The position numbers and the translations under genes were made by a program. 64,000 nt of DNA from Candidatus Hadarchaeota archaeon. GTDB taxonomy: Archaea > Hadarchaeota > Hadarchaeia > Hadarchaeales > JAGGTB01. This document shows, piece after piece, positions 16,608-27,468 of this stretch; position 1 is the first letter of the stretch; the number at the start of each line of letters is the position of its first letter. The notes beneath the pieces were generated by a model. That model saw nothing but the letters and a program-made list of their open reading frames with translations. It searched no databases and was not told the origin of the DNA. The DNA is taken from the NCBI GenBank assembly GCA_964399085.1, contig CAYNPN010000004.1:15680-79679 (forward strand), given 5' to 3'.

Positions 16608-19331
16608 TCATTTAGTCGGTATTCCGCCGTCTCCCGATGAGGGCAACGATGGTATATATTCTCGTAGCTTCCCTAGATATTCCTGTAGCTTCCCCTCTCT
16701 GTAGAGATATATTAGAACAACTGCAACGACGACTATAACTATAACAACGATTGCTTGGACGAGTATCCCGCCGGATTCACCGCTAGGTCTTTCGCCGGAT
16801 ATCGCGAACCAGGAGAAATCGGAAACTTCCGCCGAATAGAACACGTGACTTTCATTATCATCGATTATCGAGACGGGAACCTTCCCCCACGATTCTTCCA
16901 GCTTCCATAGCTTCACGTGCCCGGCTTCTATATTTCGATTTTCGAGCCAGGATTTTTCGACTTTGAAGTTTATGACTGCCTGAGAGATTTCGCCGTCCCC
17001 GGCGTTTGTCTTAATTTCCAGGTAATTCTTCGCGTTTTCGGGACACTTCTTCGAAATTTCGGAGGGCTGGTTCTTCTGGACTCGGACGCTTACTTCGACA
17101 TCCTCTGTACCGTTCTCCGATACTAAGGCTATACTTTGAACGGGAGTATTTTCCTCGGAGAAGTTGGCGACCTTATTTTCGCCCTTCCCGATAGGACCGA
17201 CTTCACTTTTGAAGGTGGCGTTTTCCAGAGCGATGGAGTTTTCCGCTGTCGATACTAAACCAGCTTCGTCCCGAACTTGGATACTAACGGTCTTCCGACT
17301 GTTCGGGTAGGATAGCTTAAGATTGAATCCGTTATCGAAATCCTCCCAACTGCTCCACTTTCCCTTGTATTTGTATCTCATGTTATCCACTCCGGAGGTG
17401 GCATCTTCAGCTTCGATCGAGATCCTGACTTTCGGTTGAGTAGTGACGGAATTTTCTCCATTTATTTGCGCGGACTTTATGTTTGGAGGTTCTCCATCGA
17501 AGGACAGGTTCACGTCCCCATCCGATGGGGCCTCTTCGGTCTTCCCTTCGTTGTCGGTCGCCCTGGTGTAGAGCTGATAGTGTCCATCACCCTCCGGCTT
17601 ATCGAAGTCCCATTCCCAGGGCGAATTTTCGTCCCTAGCGAACGGGGACCCCGATCCCCATGATTCATCCGAGTTCTCCCTATATCGATAATATAACTCT
17701 ACGTTCTCTACGTAACCCCTGTTGTCCTGTGCAGAAGCCGTTATCCGCACGTTTTCTCCCGTGTACCATCCGGAGGAGGAAAGGTTGTCTATTGAGGAGA
17801 CGGGGATGTCCAGAACTTCCGTCGTAAACGTACCTGATATGGAATTTTCGTTTCCTACATTATCCGTAGATGTAATTTCGTAGTTATATTCCGTATTTTC
17901 GGCCAGATTTTCTATGGTAAAGGAGTGCTCGTTTTTAAGCGAGCTATCGGATTTGCTGTTATCGTCAGTATCTCCAATCCCGTAGTTTATTTCGCTTTCC
18001 GAGGGTTCGTCAGTTTCCCATTCCAAGTCGACTGAGACCCCGGAAACGGAGACTGAGGGAGAGATTATTTCCGGAGGAGTTCGATCGATTCTGAACTCCC
18101 AGGTATCTGAAAATTCGCTCTTGTTCCCTGCTTTATCCCATACCCTCACTTGGTAGTAATAATTGTCCTCCGTCAGGCTTAAGTTAACTGAACTGGTTGG
18201 GGAATTATATTCAATTTCTCGAGGAGGATTGAATTCGGATTCATTGTCAACCCATAATTCATAACTTTCAATTCCCGAATTCTCGACATCCTTTAGATTG
18301 TCAGTCACGCTTTCCCAAGATAATGTGATTTCACTGTTACTTGTTACCATTCCGTCTTGATCGGAATTGGAGGGAGCTGGAGGAGCTTGCGTATCAACTA
18401 GGAAGGTTCTAACATTAGAAAAGTGGCTATTTTCTGAATCGATAAAGGAACGGACCCTCCAATAATATCTTCCATCGGATAAAGTGAACGGGCAATGATT
18501 ATCCTCAAAGTTTTCGATATTTTCGGGAGAAGAAAAGTCTTGATCATTATCCACCCAAATCTCAAAGTAGTCAGCTTGCGTTTCGTTCTCCCACGTGAAT
18601 TCTACAGTACTTGAGTTTTCATTTGCTCCTTTTATGGGTTCACGAAGTTCTGGCAGTGCGTAGTCAAATGAATATTTTTTGGAATAATCGCTTTCATTTC
18701 CCAAGTTATCTTTCGTTTTCACTTTCCAGTACCATTCCCCGCCTTCCAGGGCTCCGTCTGGAATTTGATAGTGATTTTCCTCTATCCAACCTGAGTCTTC
18801 ATCGATTGAATTGAAGCCTTGATCTTCAGATATACGACATTTATATTCTACAGGAGCTGAATTATCATCGACCGAACTCCATTTTAGATTTGGCAAAGTA
18901 GTGAGAACATTATCGTTCCCTGGAGATATTAAGCTAGGTGATTTTGGGGCAACTGTATCCACCCTAAATTGCCCAATACCAGACCATACCCCCACCTCAT
19001 CCCCATTTTCTCCCCTCACCTGCCAGTACCAGTTATCGTTTCCCAGAGAGTTATTCGAGGGAAGAGTAAATGAATTATCTTGAATGTTTGAGTTATCATA
19101 GTAATTATAATCTGCAAAATCTATGTTATTATCAATCACCAGGCGGTAGTTTTCAGCGTTCTCAAGGGTTTGCCATTCGAAGGTAGGCGCGTTTTCTGAT
19201 ATTATCGAATTGTTATCGGGTTTAGAGATTGTCGGTTCTCCTATATTATTATTTGCAAAAGCGACCGAGCCCGAAAGCAGGAGAAATCCCACTGAGAGAA
19301 TGATACAGAGCAGTGAAATTGATTTCCTCAA
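16608..19331 (-). CDS. Large acidic cell-surface (S-layer-like) protein with a signal peptide, repeated Ig/Fn3-like modules and a C-terminal transmembrane anchor
   Basis: 907 aa. N-terminal signal MRKSISLLCIILSVGFLLLSGSVAFA and C-terminal TM ILVQAIVVIVIVVVAVVLIYLY. Repeated modules carry an aromatic-W-(Q/K/R)-V-(R/K) core followed 5-9 residues later by G(D/N/-)xS (NWYWQVRGENGDEVGVWS, EWYWKVKTKDNLGNESDYS, RYYWRVRSFIDSENSHFS, NYYYQVRVWDKAGNKSEFS). Very D/E/N/S-rich. Confidence 0.7.
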   Translation of the reverse strand: MRKSISLLCIILSVGFLLLSGSVAFANNNIGEPTISKPDNNSIISENAPTFEWQTLENAENYRLVIDNNIDFADYNYYDNSNIQDNSFTLPSNNSLGNDNWYWQVRGENGDEVGVWSGIGQFRVDTVAPKSPSLISPGNDNVLTTLPNLKWSSVDDNSAPVEYKCRISEDQGFNSIDEDSGWIEENHYQIPDGALEGGEWYWKVKTKDNLGNESDYSKKYSFDYALPELREPIKGANENSSTVEFTWENETQADYFEIWVDNDQDFSSPENIENFEDNHCPFTLSDGRYYWRVRSFIDSENSHFSNVRTFLVDTQAPPAPSNSDQDGMVTSNSEITLSWESVTDNLKDVENSGIESYELWVDNESEFNPPREIEYNSPTSSVNLSLTEDNYYYQVRVWDKAGNKSEFSDTWEFRIDRTPPEIISPSVSVSGVSVDLEWETDEPSESEINYGIGDTDDNSKSDSSLKNEHSFTIENLAENTEYNYEITSTDNVGNENSISGTFTTEVLDIPVSSIDNLSSSGWYTGENVRITASAQDNRGYVENVELYYRYRENSDESWGSGSPFARDENSPWEWDFDKPEGDGHYQLYTRATDNEGKTEEAPSDGDVNLSFDGEPPNIKSAQINGENSVTTQPKVRISIEAEDATSGVDNMRYKYKGKWSSWEDFDNGFNLKLSYPNSRKTVSIQVRDEAGLVSTAENSIALENATFKSEVGPIGKGENKVANFSEENTPVQSIALVSENGTEDVEVSVRVQKNQPSEISKKCPENAKNYLEIKTNAGDGEISQAVINFKVEKSWLENRNIEAGHVKLWKLEESWGKVPVSIIDDNESHVFYSAEVSDFSWFAISGERPSGESGGILVQAIVVIVIVVVAVVLIYLYREGKLQEYLGKLREYIPSLPSSGDGGIPTK

Positions 19332-19609
19332 TGCATCCCCTCCTTCCAGAAAACCTTATTTATGTTCTTTTAATAATGCTACTGTTCTTAATCCTATAGT
19401 ACACCTTGCTTTATAAATCTGGAGAAATCTTGCCGGTATCCTCCCTTATTTTGATTCAAAACTTCGAAATTCTAAAAATATGTTCGACATCTCGGCCTTG
19501 CATGGTTTGAAGGAAGTCAGATTCAGCCACCGTCCGAGAGGGGTCTACTGCCTCTCGCTGGGCTATTCCGATAATTACAGACACGCCACCGGCGATTTTG
19601 TTCACAATA

Positions 19610-20137
19610 TTATTCTTCCAACTCAAACTCCCATTCACACCAGGCATCATCCGGATGTTCGTCGGGAGGACAAAACACACAGTTTACGTTAATATTGGGG
19701 TTTATGACATTTGCGTGGCTTTTAAAGCAGCCTAGTCCTGCAGGTTTACAGGGTAAGACTTCTCGGCCTTGCTCTAAGCGAATATCCTGACCGCATTTAT
19801 TTATCTGAATTTTTAGACGGTTATCGGTGACTTCTAAGAATTGGGCCTCTAAAAATCCACCACTATAAGTGCAAAGTTCCAGAGATCTTTTGAGAGATTG
19901 AATATCATCTCCCAAATCAAATAGCTCCTTTACCTCCTGAGCTTGAGCTTTGGCTATTCTCGGAAAAATTTTTTCATCCGCTTTAGCCGCTTCCTCTAGA
20001 CCGTGTTCATTCTCTATGTAATAGATCCAATTTCCCTGGCAACCCCAAAAATCATTGCCGGCAATTTCCACTAAATCTATTAGCTCTTCTTTAGAAAGTT
20101 GTCTGAGTATTTCCTTTTTTTCCATAAAATCGTTCAT
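19610..20137 (-). CDS. Hypothetical Cys-rich protein (C-terminal CxxCPP cluster)
   Basis: 175-aa ORF with C-terminal Cys motifs (CKPAGLGC, NCVFCPP). Confidence 0.4.
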   Translation of the reverse strand: MNDFMEKKEILRQLSKEELIDLVEIAGNDFWGCQGNWIYYIENEHGLEEAAKADEKIFPRIAKAQAQEVKELFDLGDDIQSLKRSLELCTYSGGFLEAQFLEVTDNRLKIQINKCGQDIRLEQGREVLPCKPAGLGCFKSHANVINPNINVNCVFCPPDEHPDDAWCEWEFELEE

Positions 20138-20319
20138 ATATTTTAGTTTGAAGATAAAAGCTTTGGGGGATTAAGAGATTTATTGAGATACAAAGGTTAG
20201 TTAAGAAAAACGCTCAGTTCCTATATACCTCTCTCCCCGATGTTTTAAGCCAGGATATCCTTTGCAAGAAGTTTAATTTACTTGGAAGTGAATTTTGGCA
20301 CGAATGATCCTTTCAAAAA

Positions 20320-20916
20320 TTATTTTTCTTCTAGGAGGTAGGAGTATAAATTCTCACCCATCTCAAAAGATTCAAGACCTTCTTCTTCTATTTCGTAAAG
20401 TAATTCCGCCACGATTTCCGCTACATCCATTAATATTTCTTTACATTGCTTGTATCTCGGAACACAGATAGGATCCTCCTTCCAAGGCTCGAACAATTCC
20501 GAACATTCTATCGTGCCATATCTTTCTTTGAATCTATTTACTAATTGATTGTACACAGCCGGTGCGCCGGTACCTTTTGACATTAGTTTCGCTTTTTCTG
20601 GACCAGAAAGATCGCTTTTTATTAATTCTCGGAAATCCTCTCTGAATTCCGGTTCCGCTGAACCTAAAACCAGACCTATTGCGGCTGCACCACCACTGAG
20701 CCCTCCGCAAATATTTCCGGAAAGGCAAAAGCCACCGAAAAATCCATCTAGGAGTTTTACGGATTCAAATGGCAAATCTGTATCTACGAGATCGTATATC
20801 GCTTTAAAAGTACAATAGTAACTAACAGTTCTTTCCCCATAATTCTCTCTAGCGTTTTCCCTAGCTTTGTCTATAACTTCTCTCTTATCCTTGTAAGAAG
20901 ACTTAAAAATTTCCAT
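20320..20916 (-). CDS. C_GCAxxG_C_C family putative redox-active protein
   Basis: Signature CLSGNICGGLSGGAAAIG fits the C-x-G-x-C-G-A-x-x-G family motif, with additional conserved Cys residues. Confidence 0.65.
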   Translation of the reverse strand: MEIFKSSYKDKREVIDKARENARENYGERTVSYYCTFKAIYDLVDTDLPFESVKLLDGFFGGFCLSGNICGGLSGGAAAIGLVLGSAEPEFREDFRELIKSDLSGPEKAKLMSKGTGAPAVYNQLVNRFKERYGTIECSELFEPWKEDPICVPRYKQCKEILMDVAEIVAELLYEIEEEGLESFEMGENLYSYLLEEK

Positions 20917-21251
20917 TTCGGTTTTACGACCTTGGTTTACCCATGTTTATTTTTTCCCCTTATTAATGCTTCTTTTGTCTGTGTTAGCCCTACGGGGTTT
21001 AAATGTGTATATCTGCTCTTTATTTATCCGAGCAACCGAACCAAGATTAGAGCAATTCCACAATCGAGGCCAAAAGCCCTCAGAGAACCCACGGTACACT
21101 GAAAAATAGTCAGCGGGTTCGGAAGTGTAAAAGTAGGAAAATACATGATATAGTTTTGAAACTTCAAAACATCTGGAAATAGCAAAATCAAACTCCATAC
21201 CAAGAAGTATTTGAAGCCCTAATTAATACCACACTGATACTCAAAGGACGA

Positions 21252-22712
21252 TTAAGAATTAGTGGAGTCAATTATTAATTTTGCCGTTTTTTCACCGGAC
21301 ATCGCGACTGCGTTGACGCCCCCTCCCGGAGTTGTCCAATGCCCGGTGAGATATAAGCCTTGGATTGGAGTGTTTGGTTGAAGTCTTTTCTTACCCGACT
21401 GTTGTGGAAGAAGGGCCCAACCGTAGGCTGCCCCTTTATAGTTTGAGGTATATCTTTCGATAGTTAGAGGGGTTGCTGTCTCTTTCACTACTATATGCTC
21501 TGATAGATCTGGGATAAGTTTTTCAGCTTTTTTAATCAGTTTTTCAGCTACTTCGTTTTTTATTTCTTGATATTTTTCTCCCCTCTCTCCATCGGTTGTT
21601 CCCCAACGATCCTTAAAGTCATAGTGGAGTGGAGCCGTAATACTCACAGCATGTTTTCCCTCGGGCGCTAGACTAGGATCAATCAAGGAGGGGATGCAGA
21701 CTCCAAAGCACTCACTCATCTCTTTTTTAGTATAAGTCTCATAGACATGGTCATTATCATTTGTGGAATAATATAGAGTTTCTGGGGTTTCTATATCTTT
21801 AGAGCGGAGGTCCATGTCAACACCTAGCCAAAGTTGGAAGAAAGTCATTGAGGGTTTCATTTCTTCTAGTTTTTTCAAAAATCCATCTTCTAGGTTTTTC
21901 CTTCCTATCAGATTAAAAAAGGTCCTTCTAGCGTCAGCATTTGAGATAATGTATTTTGCATTAATTTTTTCCCCTTTTGAAGTTTCAACAGCGCTTGTTT
22001 CATTGTTCTCCACAATTATATTGTCTACCTCCGTATTTAGCCGCATTTCTCCCCCGTGTTTTTTAACTGCCTTTGAAAGAATGTCGGCCAGTTTTTGAGT
22101 GCTTCCTATTGGGTAATACAACCCCTCCACATGGTTACTGTAGAGGTAGGCACACATATCCACGGCAGATATTTTTGATGGAGGTAATCCAGCGTAAACC
22201 CAGCATGCAGATATTATTTTTTTCAACTTTTCATTTTCAAAGAATTCATCAAGGAGTTCTGCAAAAGACGTTTTATAGTATTGGCTTTTTGGAGCGCTGA
22301 TGATTTCTTCCACTTTTTTAAAGAATCTTTGAATATTTTCACTTTCATTGGGGAATCTTTCTGAAAGGTCAGCTATATATTCTTCTAAATCTGCGGCAAT
22401 GGGAATTGATTCTTCGGGATAAGCTACATTCATGAGAGGGTCAAGCTTGTGAAATTCGGCTTCATTTTCAATTTCTAAATCCTTTAAAATTCTGTAAAAA
22501 AATCCATTTTCTCCCAATCCTGATATTGCATAAGCTCCCGAATCAAATGTAAAACCTTTTCTTTTAAAGGAGGTACAACATCCTCCAGATTTATGATGTT
22601 GCTCCAACACCAGAGTCTCTAATCCGTTTTTGGCTAGAAATGAGGCACAAGTAAGACCACCGACCCCTCCACCAATAACTATGGCATCATATTCATTTTT
22701 CTTATCATTCAT
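21252..22712 (-). CDS. FAD-dependent oxidoreductase of the phytoene-desaturase/amine-oxidase superfamily
   Basis: N-terminal dinucleotide-binding motif DAIVIGGGVGGLTCASFLAKNGLETLVLEQ. About 486 aa, typical of CrtI-like enzymes. Confidence 0.75.
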   Translation of the reverse strand: MNDKKNEYDAIVIGGGVGGLTCASFLAKNGLETLVLEQHHKSGGCCTSFKRKGFTFDSGAYAISGLGENGFFYRILKDLEIENEAEFHKLDPLMNVAYPEESIPIAADLEEYIADLSERFPNESENIQRFFKKVEEIISAPKSQYYKTSFAELLDEFFENEKLKKIISACWVYAGLPPSKISAVDMCAYLYSNHVEGLYYPIGSTQKLADILSKAVKKHGGEMRLNTEVDNIIVENNETSAVETSKGEKINAKYIISNADARRTFFNLIGRKNLEDGFLKKLEEMKPSMTFFQLWLGVDMDLRSKDIETPETLYYSTNDNDHVYETYTKKEMSECFGVCIPSLIDPSLAPEGKHAVSITAPLHYDFKDRWGTTDGERGEKYQEIKNEVAEKLIKKAEKLIPDLSEHIVVKETATPLTIERYTSNYKGAAYGWALLPQQSGKKRLQPNTPIQGLYLTGHWTTPGGGVNAVAMSGEKTAKLIIDSTNS

Positions 22713-22976
22713 ATGATAATCGTTAGAGATTTTTGTTTTAGACTTATAAGTTTTTAGCCTCTATTACTCCAGCCTAAAAGAAATAACTTTGAATAACAAA
22801 TGAATACAAATCAATTAAATATACTTATTAATATTTTCAGCATAATTATGATTCAATTTTTAGAATTTAAAACCTCAAAACCCTTTATGGTTATAATTAG
22901 CAGTAAAATTTCCGATTTTTTAAAAGGGAAAAGATTTCGTATCTCTGATATCCTTGCGATTTGACAAGATGATGAT

Positions 22977-23741
22977 TTATCCTGGGCTTATACCAGCTGA
23001 GGTTCCGCCATCAACAATCAACGACTGGCCTGTTACATAGGAAGCTCTATCCGAAAGTAGCCAAGTCACAGCTTCGGCGATTTCTTCAGGTTCGCCCAGA
23101 CGATTCATTTCATTTTTTTTGCTTAACATTTCTACCACATCATCTGGGTAATTATCTAGCATTGATGTTTGAATAGCACCGGGGCAAACTGCATTTATAC
23201 GTATACCATAGCTTGAGTACTCCATAGCGCCTGATTTGGTAAGGGCTACTACCCCTGCTTTGGCCGCATTATATATGGATTGTCCTGGAGGGGGCATAAG
23301 GCCAGCTAAGGATCCTGCATTAACAATCGAGCCTTGTTCCTGCTTCATCATCTCACGGACCTCATTTTTCATGCAGAGCCAAATACTTTTGAGATTTATT
23401 AAAATAGTTTGGTTCCAATACTCTAGACTGTAATCATTCATTAGTTTGACTTCAGGTCCAACTCCAGCATTATTAAAAGCACAATCCAAGGAATCATAGA
23501 CTTCGATTGTTTTTTCCATAAGATTTTCTATGCTATCTTCGTTTGTTACATCCGTTTTTACGAATTTTGCCTCTCCTCCTTTTTCTTCAATCAGGTCAAC
23601 TGTTTTTTTGCCGCTTTCTTTGTCAATGTCGGCTACAACAACTTTGGATCCTTCTCTGGCAAGAACCAACGAAGCGGCCCGCCCAATTCCGGAGCCTCCT
23701 CCGGTAACTATTGTAGTTTTACCATCCAATTCTTTTTCCAT
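22977..23741 (-). CDS. Short-chain dehydrogenase/reductase (SDR) family oxidoreductase
   Basis: TGGGSGIGRA cofactor motif, NNAG, catalytic YNAAKAG. Confidence 0.85.
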   Translation of the reverse strand: MEKELDGKTTIVTGGGSGIGRAASLVLAREGSKVVVADIDKESGKKTVDLIEEKGGEAKFVKTDVTNEDSIENLMEKTIEVYDSLDCAFNNAGVGPEVKLMNDYSLEYWNQTILINLKSIWLCMKNEVREMMKQEQGSIVNAGSLAGLMPPPGQSIYNAAKAGVVALTKSGAMEYSSYGIRINAVCPGAIQTSMLDNYPDDVVEMLSKKNEMNRLGEPEEIAEAVTWLLSDRASYVTGQSLIVDGGTSAGISPG

Positions 23742-23766
23742 CTTTTATCCTCCGTTTAGTGATTAG

Positions 23767-25518
23767 TCAATCGATCTCCTTTGCTTCTTCTTCGAGAGCC
23801 TCTCTGTCGGTCTTCAATCCCTTTTTGCCGGTGGGTATCTCTTCCTTAAAGACTATACGAGCTGGCACCTTGTACCCGGATATGTTTTCTTCCGACCACT
23901 CGATCAATTCTTCCTCCGTGATGCTTTCCTCGTACTCCGGATTTATCTCCACGAATGCCACGGGCACTTCTCCCTTCTTGTCGTGGTCTCTCCCGACTAC
24001 GGATGCCTTGACTATGGCTGGATGTTGCATCATGATGTTTTCTATCTCCGCGGGGGAAACCGTGAAGCCCGAGACCTTTAGCGTGTATTTTCTCCTGCCG
24101 GCGAAATAGAGGAATCCGTCCTCGTCGTACATGCCCAGGTCGCCAGTCAGCAAAAATCCGTCGTCGAGATAGTCTTTCTCCGTTTCCTCGGGTCTCTTGA
24201 AGTACTCAGGTGGAAGTGCGGGATCCTTTATCGCTATCTCCCCTACCGTGCCGGACTCGAGGGTTTCATGTGTCTCAGGATCGACGATTTTGATATAGGT
24301 TTCCGGCATCGTTACCCCGATAAAGACGTGTCCATGTTCGTTTTGTTTATCCAAGTCAATATCTTGAAGGTCAAAGGTCCAGGTATTCATTGACATTGTT
24401 TCAGTCAATCCGTATGTTACATCACATAGTTTAGCACCATCCGTAATTTCTTTCCACGTCTCCCTCGTTTCTTTCGTTAGAGGTAAATTGTACTGAGTGG
24501 AAGCTAGAAGACTAAAGGAAGATAGATTAAATTGTTCCAACTCCTCGTCCGGCATTTTAGCAAACTTTTCAAAGAGATCAGAAGGTGCCCACATCCAGTC
24601 AGGATTATACTCATCAACTGAATTGATTAAAGTTCCGGGTTCAAAGCGAGTTAGGAGGATTACACTTCCCCCTGAATAGAGTATAGTTCCGGCTTGCCCT
24701 CCTCCAGCCGTGTGAAATACTGGAACGAAAATTATTCCGTCTCGTATTCCTTGGTGGAATCCCAGATAATTATACATGCAAGACAACGTATACACTATCC
24801 CCCGGTGTTTATGTAGGCATCCCTTCGGAAGTCCTGTAGTGCCTCCGGTATAGTCGAGAGAAGCATCATCATCTAAAGTTAACTCAACATCCGTGGGAGA
24901 TGTATCGTAATCTTCGATTGAAGACATTAAATCAATTCCTCCTTCACAACTTGGTTTTTCTTTCAAATCCTCAGGAAAAGAGTAAGCCGGGTCTTCTGGA
25001 AGAAAATCAAGCAGGCTTGTTATATAGACTTCCTCTAATTGACTTTCTTTTCTTGTATCCTCCACAGCTTCAAAGTTTAGGTCTTGAGTGACAATAAGAT
25101 TCATTTCCGTGTCATTCAAAACGGGTTCCAGCTCATATTTTTCCCACTCGGTATCCATAGGCACAACCGTACAACCTGATTTCATAACACCTAGATGAAC
25201 AATAAAATATTGAGGGCAGTTGTAAAGATGATTGCCGACAAAATCTCCTTTCCCAAAGCCTTTATCTCTCAAAAAATTCGCGAATTGATTGCTCAGCTCA
25301 TCGAGTTCTTTGTACGTTACGTCCCGCCCGTAGTAAGAGATGGCATTTTTATTTGGATGCATTTTTGCTCTCTTGGATATTATTTCGGGAAATGTATCTT
25401 CACCGAAAAGGTAAGGAAGCTTCCAATACTTTAGATCTCTCTTTTCGGCTTGCTCCTTCCTTTTCTTGAATAACCTTTCAAAATACTCCTTATCTTCCTC
25501 GGAATACATTTTTTTCAT
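23767..25518 (-). CDS. AMP-forming acyl-CoA synthetase (fatty-acid-CoA ligase family)
   Basis: AMP-binding signature YTGGTTGLPKG, with downstream GYGLTE-like and GEI...LGMYDEDGFLYFAGRRK motifs. Confidence 0.85.
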   Translation of the reverse strand: MKKMYSEEDKEYFERLFKKRKEQAEKRDLKYWKLPYLFGEDTFPEIISKRAKMHPNKNAISYYGRDVTYKELDELSNQFANFLRDKGFGKGDFVGNHLYNCPQYFIVHLGVMKSGCTVVPMDTEWEKYELEPVLNDTEMNLIVTQDLNFEAVEDTRKESQLEEVYITSLLDFLPEDPAYSFPEDLKEKPSCEGGIDLMSSIEDYDTSPTDVELTLDDDASLDYTGGTTGLPKGCLHKHRGIVYTLSCMYNYLGFHQGIRDGIIFVPVFHTAGGGQAGTILYSGGSVILLTRFEPGTLINSVDEYNPDWMWAPSDLFEKFAKMPDEELEQFNLSSFSLLASTQYNLPLTKETRETWKEITDGAKLCDVTYGLTETMSMNTWTFDLQDIDLDKQNEHGHVFIGVTMPETYIKIVDPETHETLESGTVGEIAIKDPALPPEYFKRPEETEKDYLDDGFLLTGDLGMYDEDGFLYFAGRRKYTLKVSGFTVSPAEIENIMMQHPAIVKASVVGRDHDKKGEVPVAFVEINPEYEESITEEELIEWSEENISGYKVPARIVFKEEIPTGKKGLKTDREALEEEAKEID

Positions 25519-25581
25519 ATCTTCACCCCCTTTTCGGGCTTTTTTATCAAAAGATTCTATTTTTTTATAGAAAATCTATTT

Positions 25582-27468
25582 CTAGAGGTTATTCAACCCC
25601 AATTCTTTGAGCTTTTCTTCTTTTGGAACGCCCTTTTCGACGTCCCAACCCCTTTCCCGGTAATAATCGTCAAGCATTTTTTCAATATCTTCCTTTTCCA
25701 ACCTATTTCCGAACCAATCCTTTAGATAATTGTCTGCCAAAGTTTTTTCTGTGTTTTTAACCCAGAGACTCGGTATTTTATCATCTTTTCTGGTGAATCC
25801 TTCTCGGACATTTAGAGCTTTTTCTAAATTAAAGCATCTCTCCCCTGCTCGGAGAAATTCCCTTGGGGATACTTCGATGCCAGTAAGAGCAGAATAAATT
25901 TTGGATAGCCATGGGACATCCCGTATTTGATCGAATGTCCAGTGAACAACACAATCACAGATTCCTAAACAGTTGTAGAGATACTCTGCATCGTGGGCAT
26001 GTTTCGCTAGTCTTCCTTGGTTAAAGGAATCGTCTGTGAAGATTCTATCTATTTCCTCGTCGGTCAGCCCCATTCTTTTAGTGTCGAGTTTTATATCTTC
26101 TACAGACATCACTCCTTTGGGCCAATAAGTGTCGCTGTGAGAATGTTTACCTTTTGAATGTACAACATGTGAAATTCCCATAGAGGGACCGAAGTTTGAT
26201 GGCCAAAGTCTAGCATCAACCAGTGTATCCACTCCCTTGGTAATGGAGGCACCCATCTTGAAATCTTTAGAAGCCTCAACGCCTATTTCTTCTGAAAGTG
26301 CGTACCAACCCTTACTCATGAAGGCTCCAATATCCTCCTTTTTGACTATTTTTTCGACAAGTTTAAGGTAGGAGTCCAAATCGCCTATTTCTAGTTCCAG
26401 ACCTCCTGTGTCCGATTTGGTTACAGCTCCTTGTTCGTACATTCTGGTTACAAAATATATCATCCTTATCGTCGTGAGATGTCCGAGTCCTACCCTGTTC
26501 ATTTTGTCCATCAATTTGTACATTGCCCCGATATCGTCAAGCCTTAATCTTTTCATATAATCTATGGGAACTGTTGGGTCACCGCCTTGAAGTGTCACTC
26601 CTTCGTATTCGCCCTCATCAATTCCGACAGTCGCTCTGCAGGCGCCCATACAGGAAGTGCAAGCTCTAATCGTTTTCATATTTGATTCTAATACCTGATC
26701 GACAGCTGGACGATGGAGGGTAGGTTCTGTCTGGTAGTCGGGGTCATTCAGAATCTCCTCCCGTTTTTCCTTAAGCACTTCCAAGAATCTTTTTTTATCG
26801 TTAACTTTGATTCCTTTTTCACCCAGTGTAACGACTGCTTTGAGATTTTTGGTCCCCATCAATGCTCCTACGTCTCGGCCGAGAGAGTTCAAATTATCGA
26901 GAGTCGCTTGAGCTATTTTAACTAAGTTCTCACCAGCTTGCCCCATTGTCCAGACGCCGGGCTTACCTGTTTTTCCTTCATGCTTTTTGACCAACGTTTC
27001 GGTAGCTTGGTGAATGTCTTTGCCCCAAACATCTTCCGCATTTAGGATTTCTACCTCGTCATCTGTTACTTTTAGATAACATGGATTTTCAGCCTGACCA
27101 GTGATTACAATATTGTCATAACCGGAGTTTTTCATCATTGCTCCGAATCTTCTACTCCCTCCCATGGAATAAGAAACAAAATATTTCTCCTCTTCCTTAC
27201 TCGCGAGTATAGGATATTTCGTAACCAAGTAACATTTTCCAGATCCAGGAACGAGTGTACCTCCCAAAGGTCCGAGTCCAATGACCAAGGGATTTTCCGG
27301 TGAAAGAGGCTCCGTTCCCGGTTCTAGCTTTTCATGGAGGAGTTTAAAGCCCATTCCCGGACCCCCAACGAATTTTTTCGCAGTGTCCATATCTAATGGT
27401 TTTTCTTCAATACTGCCATCGCTTAGATCGACAAATAGATTTTTTCCGGCGTAACCATAATAATCCAT
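25582..27468 (-). CDS. Aldehyde:ferredoxin oxidoreductase (tungsten AOR family), copy 1
   Basis: 628 aa. AOR N-terminal domain (MDYYGYAGKNLFVDLSDGSIEEKPL) and conserved AOR catalytic regions. Its ATG at 27468 overlaps a ferredoxin gene. Confidence 0.85.
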   Translation of the reverse strand: MDYYGYAGKNLFVDLSDGSIEEKPLDMDTAKKFVGGPGMGFKLLHEKLEPGTEPLSPENPLVIGLGPLGGTLVPGSGKCYLVTKYPILASKEEEKYFVSYSMGGSRRFGAMMKNSGYDNIVITGQAENPCYLKVTDDEVEILNAEDVWGKDIHQATETLVKKHEGKTGKPGVWTMGQAGENLVKIAQATLDNLNSLGRDVGALMGTKNLKAVVTLGEKGIKVNDKKRFLEVLKEKREEILNDPDYQTEPTLHRPAVDQVLESNMKTIRACTSCMGACRATVGIDEGEYEGVTLQGGDPTVPIDYMKRLRLDDIGAMYKLMDKMNRVGLGHLTTIRMIYFVTRMYEQGAVTKSDTGGLELEIGDLDSYLKLVEKIVKKEDIGAFMSKGWYALSEEIGVEASKDFKMGASITKGVDTLVDARLWPSNFGPSMGISHVVHSKGKHSHSDTYWPKGVMSVEDIKLDTKRMGLTDEEIDRIFTDDSFNQGRLAKHAHDAEYLYNCLGICDCVVHWTFDQIRDVPWLSKIYSALTGIEVSPREFLRAGERCFNLEKALNVREGFTRKDDKIPSLWVKNTEKTLADNYLKDWFGNRLEKEDIEKMLDDYYRERGWDVEKGVPKEEKLKELGLNNL

